Shown: positions 18,384 to 29,784, numbered from the stretch's first letter. The stretch: DNA of 64,000 bases from an uncultured Thermoproteaceae archaeon (GCA_964342785.1 CAYFGI010000001.1:38928-102927), one strand, 5' to 3'. Numbers and translations are program-made. Notes: generated by a model not told the origin, from the sequence alone.

Positions 18384-19068
18384 ATCTGTTGAGTAGATCT
18401 ATGAGCTCTCTCCTGAACTCCGGTATAGAGAGACCTCTTATAACCCTCACGACTATCGCCCTATCCTCCTCGTCTAATTCGGCTAGGTTAAAACGACGAG
18501 ATCTCCTCTCTGCGTGTTTCCCCTCCTTGAAGATAGCGAGGGCCAACGAGTCTAGATCGAGCGATTTCTCCTCACATAGGCCGCATAGGCACCTCAAGGA
18601 TCTGGCCGAGGAGCCGGACGGCACAGGCGCGAACCTAGAGATGACGGATTTTATGCTTCTAGCTAGAGGGATGTCGTCTTGCTCGAGAGATCTTAACTCG
18701 GGGCATACGTATTCCTTAAGGAAACGCCCGTTTATGCTGACGCCGAGATCCCTTAGGACCACGCTCACTGCCGTAAAGGGATACTGCGGCTCCCCCGCTA
18801 TATCTATATACAACACCTTAAGGCTGGGCACCAGCTCGGCTAACATCTCGTGTAGCTTCGGAGATAGGACATAGCGAGCGCCCTCCTTTCTGAAGGAGAA
18901 GAGGGGGAGGGGGCTTATACCTCCGTATATAGACGACGTCAGATAAAGCAGTTTGTCCTCCAAGACTGTTGGAACCACCTCGGGGTATGGATCCAACACG
19001 ACGGCATCTTTTAAATCCCTCAGCATATCCCTAAGGCTGGATATATCCAACAGATCGGCTTTTATCAT
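18373..19068 (-). CDS. hypothetical protein of the filament locus
   Basis: I start it at MIKADLLDISS, by ATGA overlap with the upstream stop at 19065-19068. It contains the Cys cluster RCLCGLCEEK. Confidence 0.5.
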   Translation of the reverse strand: MIKADLLDISSLRDMLRDLKDAVVLDPYPEVVPTVLEDKLLYLTSSIYGGISPLPLFSFRKEGARYVLSPKLHEMLAELVPSLKVLYIDIAGEPQYPFTAVSVVLRDLGVSINGRFLKEYVCPELRSLEQDDIPLARSIKSVISRFAPVPSGSSARSLRCLCGLCEEKSLDLDSLALAIFKEGKHAERRSRRFNLAELDEEDRAIVVRVIRGLSIPEFRRELIDLLNRYEV

Positions 19069-19616
19069 ATCTCTACCATCTCGTATTCGCATCGAGGCAT
19101 TATATCTACGAGTATCCTGGACATGAAGGGCTTCCAAGCAAGCTCGCGGAGCTCGATATCTGCGTCGTCGGCCGCCAACAGCCACATATCGGCGTAGGGC
19201 CCCTCCAGCTTGACCCCATAGCGGGAGTAGGCGACGAGGTTTCGCGCCGCTGTGCGCACAGCTTTGGCTCTGATCCTCTCGTCGTAAAACATCCTATATC
19301 CATATTCGGCGCCCCACTCCATCATGAACTTCATGCAGCCAGTGTACCTCAGCTTATCTATCCTCAAGGCGCCTTTAGGCGAACAGGGAGCCCTCACGAC
19401 AGAGGGAGCCCTCAAGGCGTCCCTAGAGAGTTCGAAAAGCTTAACGAAGGCGGCGCAAGCCCTACGCCTAAGGTCGGCCCCCGGAACATCCGACAGAGCT
19501 CTCAGAACCCAGCTATTGGCTATCTTGAAGAAAGCGCTGAGGGCGTACGGTTCATCGTTAAGAGCCAGAAGCGCGTGTACGGCGTCCGCCATCCTGTAGA
19601 TGGATATATGCTCCAT
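19065..19616 (-). CDS. hypothetical protein, first gene of the filament locus
   Basis: 183 aa with an AT-rich spacer upstream. No motif recognised. Confidence 0.5.
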   Translation of the reverse strand: MEHISIYRMADAVHALLALNDEPYALSAFFKIANSWVLRALSDVPGADLRRRACAAFVKLFELSRDALRAPSVVRAPCSPKGALRIDKLRYTGCMKFMMEWGAEYGYRMFYDERIRAKAVRTAARNLVAYSRYGVKLEGPYADMWLLAADDADIELRELAWKPFMSRILVDIMPRCEYEMVEI

Positions 19617-19807
19617 GTCTTTAAGCGATGCTTAAAAACACCTTAGGTTCTAACCAAGACGGTTATTTTGATGAACCAAACTATTGCAAGTATTTATTTT
19701 ATATTTGTATATGGTAAGTCGTGCAGTAGGCGATAGGCTTTCTTGCCTCCTCTCCGCCCTGAGTGACGTGGGGTTCTAAGCTTATAAGTCTATATCCTCA
19801 TCGCTTT

Positions 19808-20215
19808 ATGAAGACGATAGTGGTGGCGTACGACGGTTCCCAACATGCCAAGAAGGCGCTCGAGACGGCAAAGGCTATAGCCGATAGGTTCGGCTCGAAG
19901 ATTTATGTAGTCCACGTCGTGGATACCGCTGTCCTATCGTTGTCGGAAGCCTTCTCGACTCCGAACGTGATCAAGAGCTTGAAAGAAGGCGGCGAGAAGG
20001 CGTTAAGAGAAGCCCTAAGCTTAGCGCCAAACGCCGAGGCGAAATTACTCGAAGGGGATCCAGCCTATGAGATCGCTAAATTCGCAAAGGACGTCAAGGC
20101 GGATCTCGTGGTGGTGGGCAGCAGAGGCCTCTCCACTATTCGTAAGTCGTTTCTAGGTAGCGTTGCGAGCAGGCTGGTCCAGGAAAGCGAGATAAGCGTT
20201 CTTGTAGTGAAATAA
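19808..20215 (+). CDS. universal stress protein (UspA family)
   Basis: N-terminal MKTIVVAYDGSQHAKKALE and C-terminal DLVVVGSRGLS...GSVASRLV. TATA-like CTTATAAG lies about 22 nt upstream. Confidence 0.85.
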   Translation: MKTIVVAYDGSQHAKKALETAKAIADRFGSKIYVVHVVDTAVLSLSEAFSTPNVIKSLKEGGEKALREALSLAPNAEAKLLEGDPAYEIAKFAKDVKADLVVVGSRGLSTIRKSFLGSVASRLVQESEISVLVVK

Positions 20216-20248
20216 CAAATCTTTTTATAGGGCTTCGTATCGACACGC

Positions 20249-20929
20249 ATGGACAGAAACGGCGTACTTATCGCCGTCTCGGTGTTCCTGATCACCGTCG
20301 CCGTGTTGGTCTTCGCCGTAGGGCCCTACAGGAAGGGCCCGGTGTATAAGCCATACTGGGAACAAGTAAACATCACGGCCTTGGCGATACAAGGGCAAAA
20401 GATAGGCGTTGTGGTCTACAGAGGCGAGGGGGGCTGGGCCATATTCGGGTATCAAGATAACGTGACCATGCCGCAAAGAGGGGAGCTATTAAACGTGTTA
20501 AGACAACTAATATCTGAGGCCGAGGCGAGGGGGTATACCGTCATCTTGGCGCCGTGGGGAGCCGACAACAAGACCAACGCGCTTCTAACGGCGCTTTACA
20601 ACGGCGTCATCTCGCCGCAACAATACCTTAACGGCTACACCAATATCTCCAACACGGCTATAAACTCCTCGTCGATACAAGCCGCCAAGAACTACGCGCT
20701 AACCTTGGCCCAAACCCTCGGGTCCTACACGGCGTATCCCGGAATACCGCAAGTGCCCTCAAGCCCACCCATAATCTACGCGTATCTGGTGTGGAAAGGC
20801 TGTTCCTATCCTGTCTATGAGCCCTACGAGCCGCTTAGGGATTCTAACTACACCAGCTGGGCCTTCTGGGTGGGTAACGCCATAGCAAATCTGCCGACCT
20901 TAGTGGGGCAACCCGGCTGTAGTCAATAG
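20249..20929 (+). CDS. membrane-anchored extracellular protein, hypothetical
   Basis: N-terminal TM segment VLIAVSVFLITVAVLVFAV, then several N-x-S/T sequons. Confidence 0.5.
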   Translation: MDRNGVLIAVSVFLITVAVLVFAVGPYRKGPVYKPYWEQVNITALAIQGQKIGVVVYRGEGGWAIFGYQDNVTMPQRGELLNVLRQLISEAEARGYTVILAPWGADNKTNALLTALYNGVISPQQYLNGYTNISNTAINSSSIQAAKNYALTLAQTLGSYTAYPGIPQVPSSPPIIYAYLVWKGCSYPVYEPYEPLRDSNYTSWAFWVGNAIANLPTLVGQPGCSQ

Positions 20930-20966
20930 AAATCTAGCGTTAAAAACTTAGAGACATGAGGACATC

Positions 20967-23346
<2,380 letters not shown>

Positions 23347-23418
23347 GAAACAACGTTGCTCACCCTATATAGGTTTTTATTTGACGATAGAATAATAAAA
23401 TCATTTATTATCCAAAAA

Positions 23419-23940
23419 TTATATTTTAATTTCTTTTTCTTTTATAACATCTATCTTTATTGTAGATCCGATAATTCTATTAAGTATTTCTTGTAATTTC
23501 TCCGGCCGTACGGGCAATCGTCTCAACTCTCTAGACGGGATCTTCACGACGGTCTCGCTCGTGCCGTCGGGTAGCCAAGAGGTGGAGATCGTCAACAGCC
23601 TAGCCGGCGATACGAGCTGCGCTATTATCTCGTTGACGCTACCTTTCTCCACAATCTTCACGTTCCTACCTACAGCCGCCGATAGATCTTTCTCTAGTTG
23701 GATCTGGGCGCCTTTTGGTAACTTCTTATATCCGCGGAGCACCACCACTATGAAGGCATCGGTCTCATAAGCCTTTACATATTCCACGTCGGCAAGATTA
23801 TATTTTTTCTCCAGCTTCATCAAAGCGTCGACGACGTCTACGTCGAGCCAGCTGTATTCACCGCTGTCGATCAGCCCCTGGCACTTAGGGCATAGCACCC
23901 TTGTCTTTATGCAGAAGTCGCAAAACGGCTTCTTCATCAA
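23419..23940 (-). CDS. NusA-like KH-domain RNA-binding protein with N-terminal zinc ribbon
   Basis: CDFC...CPKC at the N-terminus. The NusA-like KH region includes QLVSPARLLTIS. The 3' end is AT-rich. Confidence 0.5.
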   Translation of the reverse strand: MMKKPFCDFCIKTRVLCPKCQGLIDSGEYSWLDVDVVDALMKLEKKYNLADVEYVKAYETDAFIVVVLRGYKKLPKGAQIQLEKDLSAAVGRNVKIVEKGSVNEIIAQLVSPARLLTISTSWLPDGTSETVVKIPSRELRRLPVRPEKLQEILNRIIGSTIKIDVIKEKEIKI

Positions 23941-23981
23941 GCGCCATATTCGTTATGATATTTAAATTTCTTTTAACGGCG

Positions 23982-24368
23982 CTATGAAGAAGCCGTCTTC
24001 TTCCTTCTCTCTATCACCTCTTGACGTCTCTTATCGGAGGTATCGATATTAACGATCATGACCTTGCTCGGATGTATAGGGTAATAGACGGTCTCTCCTC
24101 TGCTGTTAGTCCTAGTGGCGCCCTCCACGTATATACGAACCCTCTTTAGATCGACCCTTACGATCTTCCCCGTGACGCCTTTGAAATCGCCTCTCATTAT
24201 CATCACGGTATCGCCGACCCTCACAGGCAATCTAGCGACGCCTAGCTTTCGGCGTAGGTCGGGGGCCAGCTTGGCGTTAAGCAACTTACGCCTTAGATGT
24301 AGAGGCGCCTCAGCTAGGGCCTTCCTCTGCTTCCTCGGCTGTTTACTTGCCGTGAGCATCGCCTTCAA
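23982..24368 (-). CDS. rpl24: 50S ribosomal protein uL24 (L24P/L26e)
   Basis: [20 protein letters not shown] plus the KOW motif [19 protein letters not shown]. Confidence 0.85.
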   Translation of the reverse strand: MKAMLTASKQPRKQRKALAEAPLHLRRKLLNAKLAPDLRRKLGVARLPVRVGDTVMIMRGDFKGVTGKIVRVDLKRVRIYVEGATRTNSRGETVYYPIHPSKVMIVNIDTSDKRRQEVIERRKKTASS

Positions 24369-24378
24369 ACAATCTGCC

Positions 24379-24528
24379 TTATTTATACGTTTTGAGCCGC
24401 TCCTCGGCTTTCCTCAGCTCCTCCAGGGCCGCGTCGAGCGCTCTAGCGGCTTTTTTGATTCCTTCAAGCGATGCATCGATCCTGCGGGGCAATTCCTCCA
24501 GAAGCCTACTTGCGTCGGAGATCTCCAT
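24379..24528 (-). CDS. possible 49-aa coiled-coil protein (below the ORF-track cutoff)
   Basis: My own translation is [49 protein letters not shown]. It sits directly upstream of rpl24. There is no homology support. Confidence 0.25.
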   Translation of the reverse strand: MEISDASRLLEELPRRIDASLEGIKKAARALDAALEELRKAEERLKTYK

Positions 24529-24558
24529 GCGAATATTTATGGGTAATAAAGTTATGCC

Positions 24559-25833
24559 GTGAGGATTAAGTTCCTCGGCGGCGCTGGGGAGGTCGGGAGA
24601 GCTGCTGTGCTTGTGAAGACCTCGACAGGATCCGTGTTATTCGACTACGGCGTCAACTTCGACCAGCAGGGAAGGCCTATATTCCCCGAGCATGTACGGC
24701 CCAAGGATCTCGTGGCGGTCGTGTTGAGCCACGCCCATTTAGATCACAGCGGAGCTCTGCCGTCGCTCTACGTATCCTTGAAGCCTCCGATATACGCGAC
24801 GCCGCTCACGATGGAGCTAAGCGATGTGATGTACACAGATATGATAAAGCTCTCGGGCTACTACCTGCCCTACACCCACGAGGAGGTCAAGGCGGCTATG
24901 GAGAGCGCGATACCTTTAACCTACGGCGAGCCCGTGGAGCTCGCGCCCGATATAACGCTCACTGTTTACAACGCTGGCCATGTTCCGGGCAGCGCAATAT
25001 CGGTGCTTGAAGCCGAGGGCAAGGTCGTTGTTTTCACAGGCGATTTCAACTTGAGGGATACTGCGTTGTTAAGAGGGGCCGATATACATAACCTGCCGAA
25101 AAGGCCCGACGTGGTCGTCATGGAGGCTACCTACGCCGCGGCGGATCATCCGCGGAGGGAGGAGCTAGAACGGGAGTTCGTCAAGACCGTGAGGGAGGTG
25201 CTGGAGGGAGGAGGCACCGTGTTGGTGCCGTCGTTCGCGCTCGGGCGGGCGCAGGAGATCATGTTGACCCTAGCCAAATACGAGGTAGGGCCCATATATG
25301 TCGACGGGCTGGCCAGGCAGGTGAACACGATAGTGGGTAAATACCCCTATCTCCTCAACGACTACGATCTCTACAAGAAGGCTATGGATATGTCCGTGGA
25401 GATACCGAACGCTTACGTGAGGAAGAAGGCGGTGGGCCAAGAGCCCTCGGTGATAGTCTCCCCCGCCGGCATGTTGAAAGGAGGGGCCTCTCTTTATTAC
25501 TTCAAGAAACTAGCTGGAGATCCTAAGAACGCCGTAATATTGCCGTCCTTCCAAGCGCCGGATACGCCCGGCTTCGAGGTGCTATCGAGAGGTGAAGCCC
25601 TCGTGGACGGGACGGCGGTGAAGGTGAAGGCGAGGATCGAGTGGTTCGACTTCTCTGCCCACTCGGGGCGCTCGGACTTGGTTGAGTTCATAAACTACTT
25701 CAACGACGACGCCAGGATAGTGTTGTTCCACACCGATCCCTCCTCGGCGTTGCCCTTCGCCAAATGGTTGCAGAGCAAGGGCAAGGAGAACATATACGTG
25801 CCTCTGACGACGGGGGAGGAGCTCGAGCTCTAG
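24559..25833 (+). CDS. beta-CASP metallo-beta-lactamase RNase (aCPSF2-like, no KH domains)
   Basis: MBL motif is VVLSHAHLDHSGALP. Length and later His/Asp blocks are typical of beta-CASP proteins. Confidence 0.8.
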   Translation: MRIKFLGGAGEVGRAAVLVKTSTGSVLFDYGVNFDQQGRPIFPEHVRPKDLVAVVLSHAHLDHSGALPSLYVSLKPPIYATPLTMELSDVMYTDMIKLSGYYLPYTHEEVKAAMESAIPLTYGEPVELAPDITLTVYNAGHVPGSAISVLEAEGKVVVFTGDFNLRDTALLRGADIHNLPKRPDVVVMEATYAAADHPRREELEREFVKTVREVLEGGGTVLVPSFALGRAQEIMLTLAKYEVGPIYVDGLARQVNTIVGKYPYLLNDYDLYKKAMDMSVEIPNAYVRKKAVGQEPSVIVSPAGMLKGGASLYYFKKLAGDPKNAVILPSFQAPDTPGFEVLSRGEALVDGTAVKVKARIEWFDFSAHSGRSDLVEFINYFNDDARIVLFHTDPSSALPFAKWLQSKGKENIYVPLTTGEELEL

Positions 25834-25840
25834 CCGCCAG

Positions 25841-26032
25841 GTGGTTATAAGGCAGCTACCTAACGTGAAGGTGAGGATCTGGATCAAACGTAGATGCGAC
25901 GAAACAGGGCTTTGCCAATATGTCGAGATACCCATAGCGCGCGCTATGCGGATACTCGACAAGGTAAGGCTCGAGGATCTATACATAATCATCGATGATG
26001 TCGATCCAGAGCTTCTCGAAGAATTTATCTAG
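25841..26032 (+). CDS. hypothetical small protein
   Basis: ORF only, with a GTG start. Confidence 0.25.
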   Translation: MVIRQLPNVKVRIWIKRRCDETGLCQYVEIPIARAMRILDKVRLEDLYIIIDDVDPELLEEFI

Positions 26033-26383
26033 GTGGGATATTCCGTGTGCGAGCTCTATTGGCGTCTGGTGGAGATGGGCGTGGAGGTCTTGGGCGGACT
26101 CGCCGCGTGGATACGCGCCTTCGGATGCAACATAGATATAGGTTGCGAGTGCGACGTGGTTATAGCAGAGAGCGACGCCGAGAAGCTCCCCCCTACTCCT
26201 TGCGTCTGGACTATAGACGAGCCGGGCTTCTCACATAGACGCGTATGGATAGGGGGATTGCCCCATATCTCCCTAGAAGATCTGCCGAGAGTGAAAAGCC
26301 CTTATGCCCAAGCCGTCCTAGACTGCATCAGGGATGCGCTTCGTACACGCGCAGTCGGCGGCCATCCTCAGCGGGAAGTATGA
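26033..26383 (+). CDS. hypothetical protein
   Basis: ORF only. Its 3' end overlaps the convergent 26328-26834 ORF. Confidence 0.3.
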   Translation: MGYSVCELYWRLVEMGVEVLGGLAAWIRAFGCNIDIGCECDVVIAESDAEKLPPTPCVWTIDEPGFSHRRVWIGGLPHISLEDLPRVKSPYAQAVLDCIRDALRTRAVGGHPQREV

Positions 26384-26834
26384 AGGTGACCTTGTAGATA
26401 TCGCCGAAGTATATGCCCGCTAGGTCGTCCCCTAGGTGGAACTCGCCGTCGATTCCATGTACAGCGCACTTCTCACAGTTGGATCTGGCGAATTCTATCA
26501 GGTCCCTAAAGGCCTTCATCAAATCCTTGGGGGCGCCCCTTATCACGAAGAGCACCGTGCCGTGATCTCCGTGAAAATGCGGATGCGCATCAGCCTTATA
26601 GGTCTTTATCGCATAATCCATGAGGTCGCTCACCTCCTTCGCGAACTCCTGGTCGCTCGGCATAAGGCCGTGTTCGTGCTCCTCGTGCTCATGTTCCTCC
26701 TCTTCCTCCATCGCGGCGACCAGGGTTAAGTTAAGCAAAAGCTCCAGTTGATCGGAAGCCGCTATGCGGACAAGATCGTTCTCGATCTTACGCCACTCCT
26801 CTAGCCCCAGCTTGAGTTTCCCAACGCCTTGCAC
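26328..26834 (-). CDS. hypothetical His/Glu-rich protein
   Basis: Contains EEEEEHEHEEHEHG, HPHFHGDHG and CEKCAVHG, suggesting metal binding. Confidence 0.45.
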   Translation of the reverse strand: MQGVGKLKLGLEEWRKIENDLVRIAASDQLELLLNLTLVAAMEEEEEHEHEEHEHGLMPSDQEFAKEVSDLMDYAIKTYKADAHPHFHGDHGTVLFVIRGAPKDLMKAFRDLIEFARSNCEKCAVHGIDGEFHLGDDLAGIYFGDIYKVTFILPAEDGRRLRVYEAHP

Positions 26835-26921
26835 GCGAGGATCTATTCACCTCTTTAAAAAGTTATAATTAGCGGAGATAAGGCCGCGAGAAAGCTTAAA
26901 TTCAGCTGATTCAATAGGGCC

Positions 26922-27033
26922 GGGCCCGTAGCTTAGCCAGGTTGGAGCGCCCGTGGGAGATCCGGCGAGGCTGATAAAGGGCTTTGCCCCAGCACCCGGG
27001 AGGTCCCGGGTTCAAATCCCGGCGGGCCCACCA
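26922..27033 (+). tRNA. intron-containing tRNA; anticodon GAU (Ile) under my two-intron splicing model; CCA encoded
   Basis: Acceptor is GGGCCCG/CGGGCCC and D arm is GCTT-AGCCAGGTTG-GAGC. T arm is CCGGG-TTCAAAT-CCCGG, followed by the discriminator A and CCA. The anticodon arm CCCGG-CTGATAA-CCGGG forms only after removing about 26954-26969 and 26978-26995. Confidence 0.75.
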
Positions 27034-27045
27034 CGTTTTAACTTC

Positions 27046-27056
27046 TATACTTTAAA
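27046..27056 (+). promoter_or_regulatory. TATA-like box for nucS
   Basis: TATACTTTAAA lies about 20-25 nt upstream of the GTG at 27076. Confidence 0.4.
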
Positions 27057-27075
27057 CCCGGGGCTTACGGTTATC

Positions 27076-27831
27076 GTGTATCTGGCAAACCCCTCGCCAG
27101 CGGACGCAGCGCGCGCGATAAACTCCGGCAAGAAATCAGGCGTCGTAGTCGTCGTGGGCGTCTGCGAGGTGTCATATAGCGGCAGAGCGGCCGCCAACTT
27201 GAGGCAAGGTAGGAGACTGCTTCTAATAAAAAGAGATGGGACCCTCCTCGTCCATGAGGCCGAGAAGGCGCAGCCCAAGATCTGGAATCCCCCGGGCAGC
27301 TCCACTGCGGCGTACGTCGAGGGGGAGAGGCTGGTGGTGAAGAGCGTGAGACAGAGACCTCTCGAGACTGTGAAGGCCGTCTTCTCGACTATAGATTTCA
27401 TCGGCGTTTTTAACGTAGATGTCGCCGAGCTGAACCTCGTGGGGAGCGAGCGGGATATCGTGCAAGCGTTGGTGGAGTCGCCTTGGCTTATCGAGGAGGG
27501 GTTGAAGGTCGTCGGCGTGGAGGTCCCCACGGAGGCCGGCCATATCGATATACTCGGCGTTGATAAAAACAACGTGTATGTAGTAATCGAAGTTAAGCGC
27601 GATGTAGCCGGGCACGAGGCCGTGTTCCAACTACGTCGCTATGTAGAGGTCGTATCGAGGGCTAGAGGCAAGGCGAGAGGTATCCTCGTGGCGGCCGATA
27701 TAACCCCCTCTGCCTTTAACTACTTAAAGGACTATGGCCTTAAGTTCGTCAAGATAAAGCCTAGGGAGTTGATGGAAAAATCGTTAAATAGAAACCGCTT
27801 CTACGATACGTCTATCGATGTGGATAAGTAG
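27076..27831 (+). CDS. nucS: endonuclease NucS (EndoMS)
   Basis: RecB-like nuclease core is [22 protein letters not shown] moved the start to the GTG at 27076 because the ORF-track start lies inside the tRNA. Confidence 0.85.
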   Translation: MYLANPSPADAARAINSGKKSGVVVVVGVCEVSYSGRAAANLRQGRRLLLIKRDGTLLVHEAEKAQPKIWNPPGSSTAAYVEGERLVVKSVRQRPLETVKAVFSTIDFIGVFNVDVAELNLVGSERDIVQALVESPWLIEEGLKVVGVEVPTEAGHIDILGVDKNNVYVVIEVKRDVAGHEAVFQLRRYVEVVSRARGKARGILVAADITPSAFNYLKDYGLKFVKIKPRELMEKSLNRNRFYDTSIDVDK

Positions 27832-28023
27832 TATACTTGTAATACTAAAATAGGAAGTTGATGTTCCCATATTATCTAGGCAATATTTACTAGCAATTAT
27901 GATATAATTATAAATAAACATATATTAAACGCTTTATATATTTCATATTTGACTTTAAGAACGCCGAGGGTTTCGCTTTATGAGATAAAACGCTCTTTTT
28001 TAAAGTAGCATCGATATATCTAC

Positions 28024-28257
28024 ATGTATCGGGTGCTTGTCGACAGGAAGGGGGGCCGGGTCCTCGTGACGGGCCGCCCCTCGGATGTCGAGAAACTGAA
28101 GGATTGGGAGGTGGTGTACGAGGCGGAGAGGTGGGACGAGGCGTATGAGGTGGCACTGCTTATAGCCGACGAGGAAGATTTCGTTCTCGAGTGGTATCTA
28201 GAGGAGGAGATAGGTAGGAAAAAGCGGAGGGCTTTAGTGGGTCTTAAGAACATCTAG
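28024..28257 (+). CDS. hypothetical small acidic protein
   Basis: ORF preceded by an AT-rich spacer. No motif recognised. Confidence 0.35.
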   Translation: MYRVLVDRKGGRVLVTGRPSDVEKLKDWEVVYEAERWDEAYEVALLIADEEDFVLEWYLEEEIGRKKRRALVGLKNI

Positions 28258-29583
28258 CAGTATCTCAGCGCCTTTTAGCGCCATATCTCTAGGTATAACC
28301 AGCGGAGGGGCTATCCTAACGGTCGAAATCCCCGCTCCAATCACCGCAAGGCCGCGCTTAAAGCTTTTGAGCAACACATCCTCTAGGTATCTAGCAGGTT
28401 TTCTATTTTCGTCGAGTAGCTCGACGCCTATCATCAGCCCGAGCCCTCTAACGTCATGCTTGCCCCTTAGTTCCTCGGCCAGCGCCTTTTTGATCTCCTC
28501 GCCTAGACGCGAAGCGTGCTCCAACAAGCCTTCCTCCTCTATCACGTCGAGGGTGGCCAAGGCCGCGGCGGCCGCAACAGGATTGCCTCCAAAGGTGTTG
28601 GCGTGGGACCCCTTGGGCAACGACATGACCTCCTCCCTCCCTATTATGGCGCCCATGGGCAAGCCCGACGCTATGGCCTTCGCCGTGGCGATTATGTCGG
28701 GCTCTACACCGAAATGTTCGACTGCGAACCAACGGCCGGTCCTGCCGAAGCCCGTCTGGACCTCGTCGACAGCCAGAAGTATGCCGTGTTCTTTAGTCAA
28801 CTTACGTAGTCCCTGCATGAATCCGAGGGGCGGGACCACGTAGCCCCCCTCGCCTTGTATCGGCTCTATCAACACCGCCGCTACTTCGTCCGGGCTGACG
28901 AGCCTCTTGAAGACCCACTCCTCTATGAACTCTAGCGCATATTGGCCGCACTCCTCGGGGTCCTTGGCCTTGAAGGGGCAGTGCACCGGGTGCGGATACG
29001 GTACGTGTATGACGTTAGGCATCATGGGCGAGAAGTACTTCCTGTGGATGGGCTTAGACGCCGTAAGCGACATAGAGGCGTAGGTCCTCCCGTGGAATGC
29101 GCCGTAGAACGCGATTATGTAAGGCCTCTGCCCCTTGAAGTATCCCCGCGCTATCTTGACGAGGCCCTCTATCGACTCGGTCCCGCTGTTTGTGAAGAAT
29201 ACTTTCTTCCGCCCCGATATGGGCGCGATCGAGACGAGCCTCTCGGCGAGCCTCACAGCTATCTCGTAGTAGAAGTCGGTGAGGGAATAGTGGAGGAAGA
29301 GCTCGGCTTGTCGTTTTATCGCCTCGACGACCTTAGGGTGGGCGTGCCCCGTCGCGGTGACCGCTATACCTGCGTTGTAATCTATGTACAAGTTCCCGTC
29401 GACGTCCTCCACCACGGGGCCGTAGCCCCTTGCTATCACCAAGGGGTACCATCGGACGAAGGACTGCATCAATACGGCTTCATCCCTCTTGATCACCTCC
29501 ATCGCCTTCGGTCCTGGCGGCTCCACCCTTATCGAGGGCACTTTATCCGGATCCACTTGGGGCCAATGCCATTTGGGCGGCAT
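28234..29583 (-). CDS. class III PLP aminotransferase (4-aminobutyrate/acetylornithine aminotransferase family)
   Basis: FTNSGTESIEGLVKIAR, LLAVDEVQTGFGRTG and TFGGNP are hallmark blocks. The likely PLP lysine is in ATAKAIASG. Confidence 0.9.
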   Translation of the reverse strand: MPPKWHWPQVDPDKVPSIRVEPPGPKAMEVIKRDEAVLMQSFVRWYPLVIARGYGPVVEDVDGNLYIDYNAGIAVTATGHAHPKVVEAIKRQAELFLHYSLTDFYYEIAVRLAERLVSIAPISGRKKVFFTNSGTESIEGLVKIARGYFKGQRPYIIAFYGAFHGRTYASMSLTASKPIHRKYFSPMMPNVIHVPYPHPVHCPFKAKDPEECGQYALEFIEEWVFKRLVSPDEVAAVLIEPIQGEGGYVVPPLGFMQGLRKLTKEHGILLAVDEVQTGFGRTGRWFAVEHFGVEPDIIATAKAIASGLPMGAIIGREEVMSLPKGSHANTFGGNPVAAAAALATLDVIEEEGLLEHASRLGEEIKKALAEELRGKHDVRGLGLMIGVELLDENRKPARYLEDVLLKSFKRGLAVIGAGISTVRIAPPLVIPRDMALKGAEILLDVLKTH

Positions 29584-29784
29584 GTAACAACCTAATACCT
29601 TCTATTAAAGTTATATAGCCCTATTTAGTCACCTGGCTCCTAAGTCGTCATAGGGTCTCGACCCTCCCGCAACCCAGCCCCGATCATCAAGAGCGTAGGT
29701 CTCCGCGAATATAAACGTACCGCCGTCGACGTTCGACAGACGCTGGCCGAAATTAAGTTTTTAAATAGGGCGTAGTGGGGTCCG

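Noticed and set aside
19668-19762. UUGAUGA at 19668 and CUGA at 19759 as a C/D box sRNA.
   Set aside because: The boxes are about 90 nt apart, too long for an archaeal C/D sRNA, and the C box lacks the leading purine.
23352-23359. CAACGTTG palindrome next to the aspS start, and the AATATCG direct repeat at 36705-36735.
   Set aside because: They are too short to distinguish from chance.
26953-27075. The ORF-track start of the NucS ORF, which lies inside the tRNA gene.
   Set aside because: The region folds as tRNA exons and introns. A GTG at 27076 with a TATA-like box about 22 nt upstream gives a NucS of normal length.
26922-27900. The tRNA gene as an integration site for a mobile element.
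   Set aside because: No integrase is present, I could not spot a duplicated tRNA 3' fragment, and the downstream gene is the housekeeping nucS.
28942-29595. Long antisense ORFs opposite recognisable genes. Examples are 28942-29595, 22817-23395, 38403-38987, 42585-43100, 27045-27572, 47161-47580 and 18389-18874.
   Set aside because: They are shadow ORFs typical of GC-rich coding DNA. Their translations are Ser/Pro/Arg/Leu-rich without motifs, while the opposite strand encodes conserved families.
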